The notes under the pieces are model-generated. The model was not told the origin of the DNA and ran no database searches. It worked only from the letters and a program-made list of their open reading frames with translations. Shown piece by piece: positions 23,654-24,644 of a stretch of DNA of 24,644 bases; positions within the stretch are counted from its first letter, which is position 1; each line of letters begins with the position of its first letter. Source of the stretch: an uncultured virus (IMG/VR IMGVR_UViG_3300035670_000116) (Duplodnaviria; Heunggongvirae; Uroviricota; Caudoviricetes); IMG/VR virus record IMGVR_UViG_3300035670_000116. One strand, 5' to 3'. The translations under genes and the position numbers were made by a program.

Positions 23654-23859
23654 TGGCAGACCGGGCTATACAGAAGGGATATACAAAGCGGTACCTACCG
23701 GAATCCGCCTGGGCGTCACTGTCCAAAGAAGAACGACAGGAGACAGACCAGAAGAAACGTGCTGCTAGCAGAGAAGGAAAACAATTCGTTAAGAATACGG
23801 AAGCAGCAGAGAAAGCAGGCCGTGCCGCCCGTGCAGCCAAGCGTTATAAGAATAAGTAA
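23653..23859 (+). CDS. Basic protein, C-terminal half of the DUF5872-like family
   Basis: RYLPESAWASLS.EE...TD.KKR...GKQFV.NT motif. TAATG coupling to the upstream half. Confidence 0.72.
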   Translation: MADRAIQKGYTKRYLPESAWASLSKEERQETDQKKRAASREGKQFVKNTEAAEKAGRAARAAKRYKNK

Positions 23860-23894
23860 TTTCTCGTATAATTAGTAAAGAAATATTTCTAATC

Positions 23895-24062
23895 ATGGCT
23901 GAAGGCAAGAAGTTTGTCCCTGGCAAGGGCATGGTCCCTGCTGGCAAGGAAGCCCCCGCCAAGGGCGCCAAAAAGGAAGCCGTTCCCCCCAAGAAAGGTG
24001 CTGCTCCAGCCAAGAAAGGTACGGCTCCTGGCAAGAAGGCTGTTCCCCCTAAGAAAAAGTGA
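23895..24062 (+). CDS. Lys/Ala/Pro/Gly-rich histone-H1-like peptide (55 aa)
   Basis: Hand-translated MAEGKKFVPGKGMVPAGKEAPAKGAKKEAVPPKKGAAPAKKGTAPGKKAVPPKKK. TATAAT at 23867-23872 upstream. Confidence 0.75.
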   Translation: MAEGKKFVPGKGMVPAGKEAPAKGAKKEAVPPKKGAAPAKKGTAPGKKAVPPKKK

Positions 24063-24070
24063 TCTATTGC

Positions 24071-24121
24071 AACTTCTAATTTGTTCCTAATTTGAAATAG
24101 ATTAGGAGTTCATTAGGAGTT
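24071..24121. promoter_or_regulatory. Dyad of tandem 11-bp-period repeats covering the RBS of the downstream gene
   Basis: aacttctaat (24071) and tgttcctaat (24082) are inverted against attaggagtt (24101 and 24112) about a common axis at 24096. Confidence 0.55.
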
Positions 24122-24124
24122 TAG

Positions 24125-24644
24125 ATGACCACTCTTGTAGCGAACGTACCTCCCGTCAAGGTCTGGGTGCGGCGCGAGTATTTGCGTGACCTGCGCGATG
24201 GCCATGGGGAATACACCCCCGGCTATTGGGTTACATGTAAATCGCTTACTGGCCGCGCCCTGTACTTTGAGACGTACCTGATGGAGTACGGAGCGCTGTA
24301 TGACAAGCTGCCCATCAGTGCGTTCTTGTCCTGGGACCCTGACCATCCGGACAAACCCGTAGCGCCAACCCCAGATCTAGAGTTGACAGACCTTCAGTTC
24401 TGGAATGGGTTTGATCACGGGTTAGTTGTTGTCGAAAAGAACTTGATCTTCAATATGAGTTTTGAAGTCCTGACACGAAGTGCAGGTGTAATGAAGGGCA
24501 CATATCTATTTACGGTTGACAATTACCATCCTCATAGAAACGAACCCGACTTTTACTTTGCGGAGTTTCCAGATGAGCACAAATCCCATAACATCGTGGC
24601 TCTGGACAACGGTCAAATTGGTGCTTATCCCAATAACCGTTGTC
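24125..24644 (+). CDS. Conserved phage hypothetical protein, truncated at the right edge (MTTLVANVPPVKVWVRREYL...YDKLPISAF...PNNR)
   Basis: AGGAG RBS, open to the window end. Motifs resemble a family I recall from cyanophage and T4-like genomes. Confidence 0.8.
   Translation, partial: MTTLVANVPPVKVWVRREYLRDLRDGHGEYTPGYWVTCKSLTGRALYFETYLMEYGALYDKLPISAFLSWDPDHPDKPVAPTPDLELTDLQFWNGFDHGLVVVEKNLIFNMSFEVLTRSAGVMKGTYLFTVDNYHPHRNEPDFYFAEFPDEHKSHNIVALDNGQIGAYPNNRC

Noticed and set aside
23789..24034. 81-aa minus-strand ORF in the track
   Set aside because: Antisense of the Lys-rich 23895..24062 ORF, which fits the local gene direction and has an upstream TATAAT.

Overview
This window looks like a 24.6 kb piece of a tailed dsDNA phage genome, most likely a cyanophage: it carries an HLIP-like gene, a CP12-like peptide, speD, and several ORFs resembling cyanophage hypotheticals. 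The left end (1-1089, minus strand) holds hypothetical and HTH genes. A plus-strand block (1144-10362) has Thr/Gly-repeat and Gly-rich tail-fibre-like genes, a fibre-associated small protein, two 2OG-Fe(II) oxygenases and a GH73/C39 endolysin. A minus-strand block (10363-18910) reads, in transcription order: PD-(D/E)XK nuclease, small ORFs, Prim-Pol/PriCT-2/D5-type SF3 primase-helicase, speD, a GT-B glycosyltransferase, a terminator, a 119-bp dyad-symmetric origin-like element, an apparently catalytically dead His-Me finger protein, a possible structural protein, a 45-aa CP12-like peptide, a hypothetical protein and a holin-like peptide. A final plus-strand block (18963-24644) has a small membrane peptide, the hli-like gene, a three-gene glyco-cassette (double GT-A, HAD-nucleotidyltransferase fusion, GDPD-like), small basic proteins (split DUF5872-like, histone-H1-like) and a truncated conserved gene. 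The most notable items absent from the ORF track are the minimal CP12-like peptide lacking the AWD-VEEL core, the co-axial inverted-iteron origin candidate, and a dyad covering an RBS at 24071-24121. No tRNA, rRNA, CRISPR, integrase or reverse transcriptase was seen. All family calls come from motif recognition by eye, not database searches.
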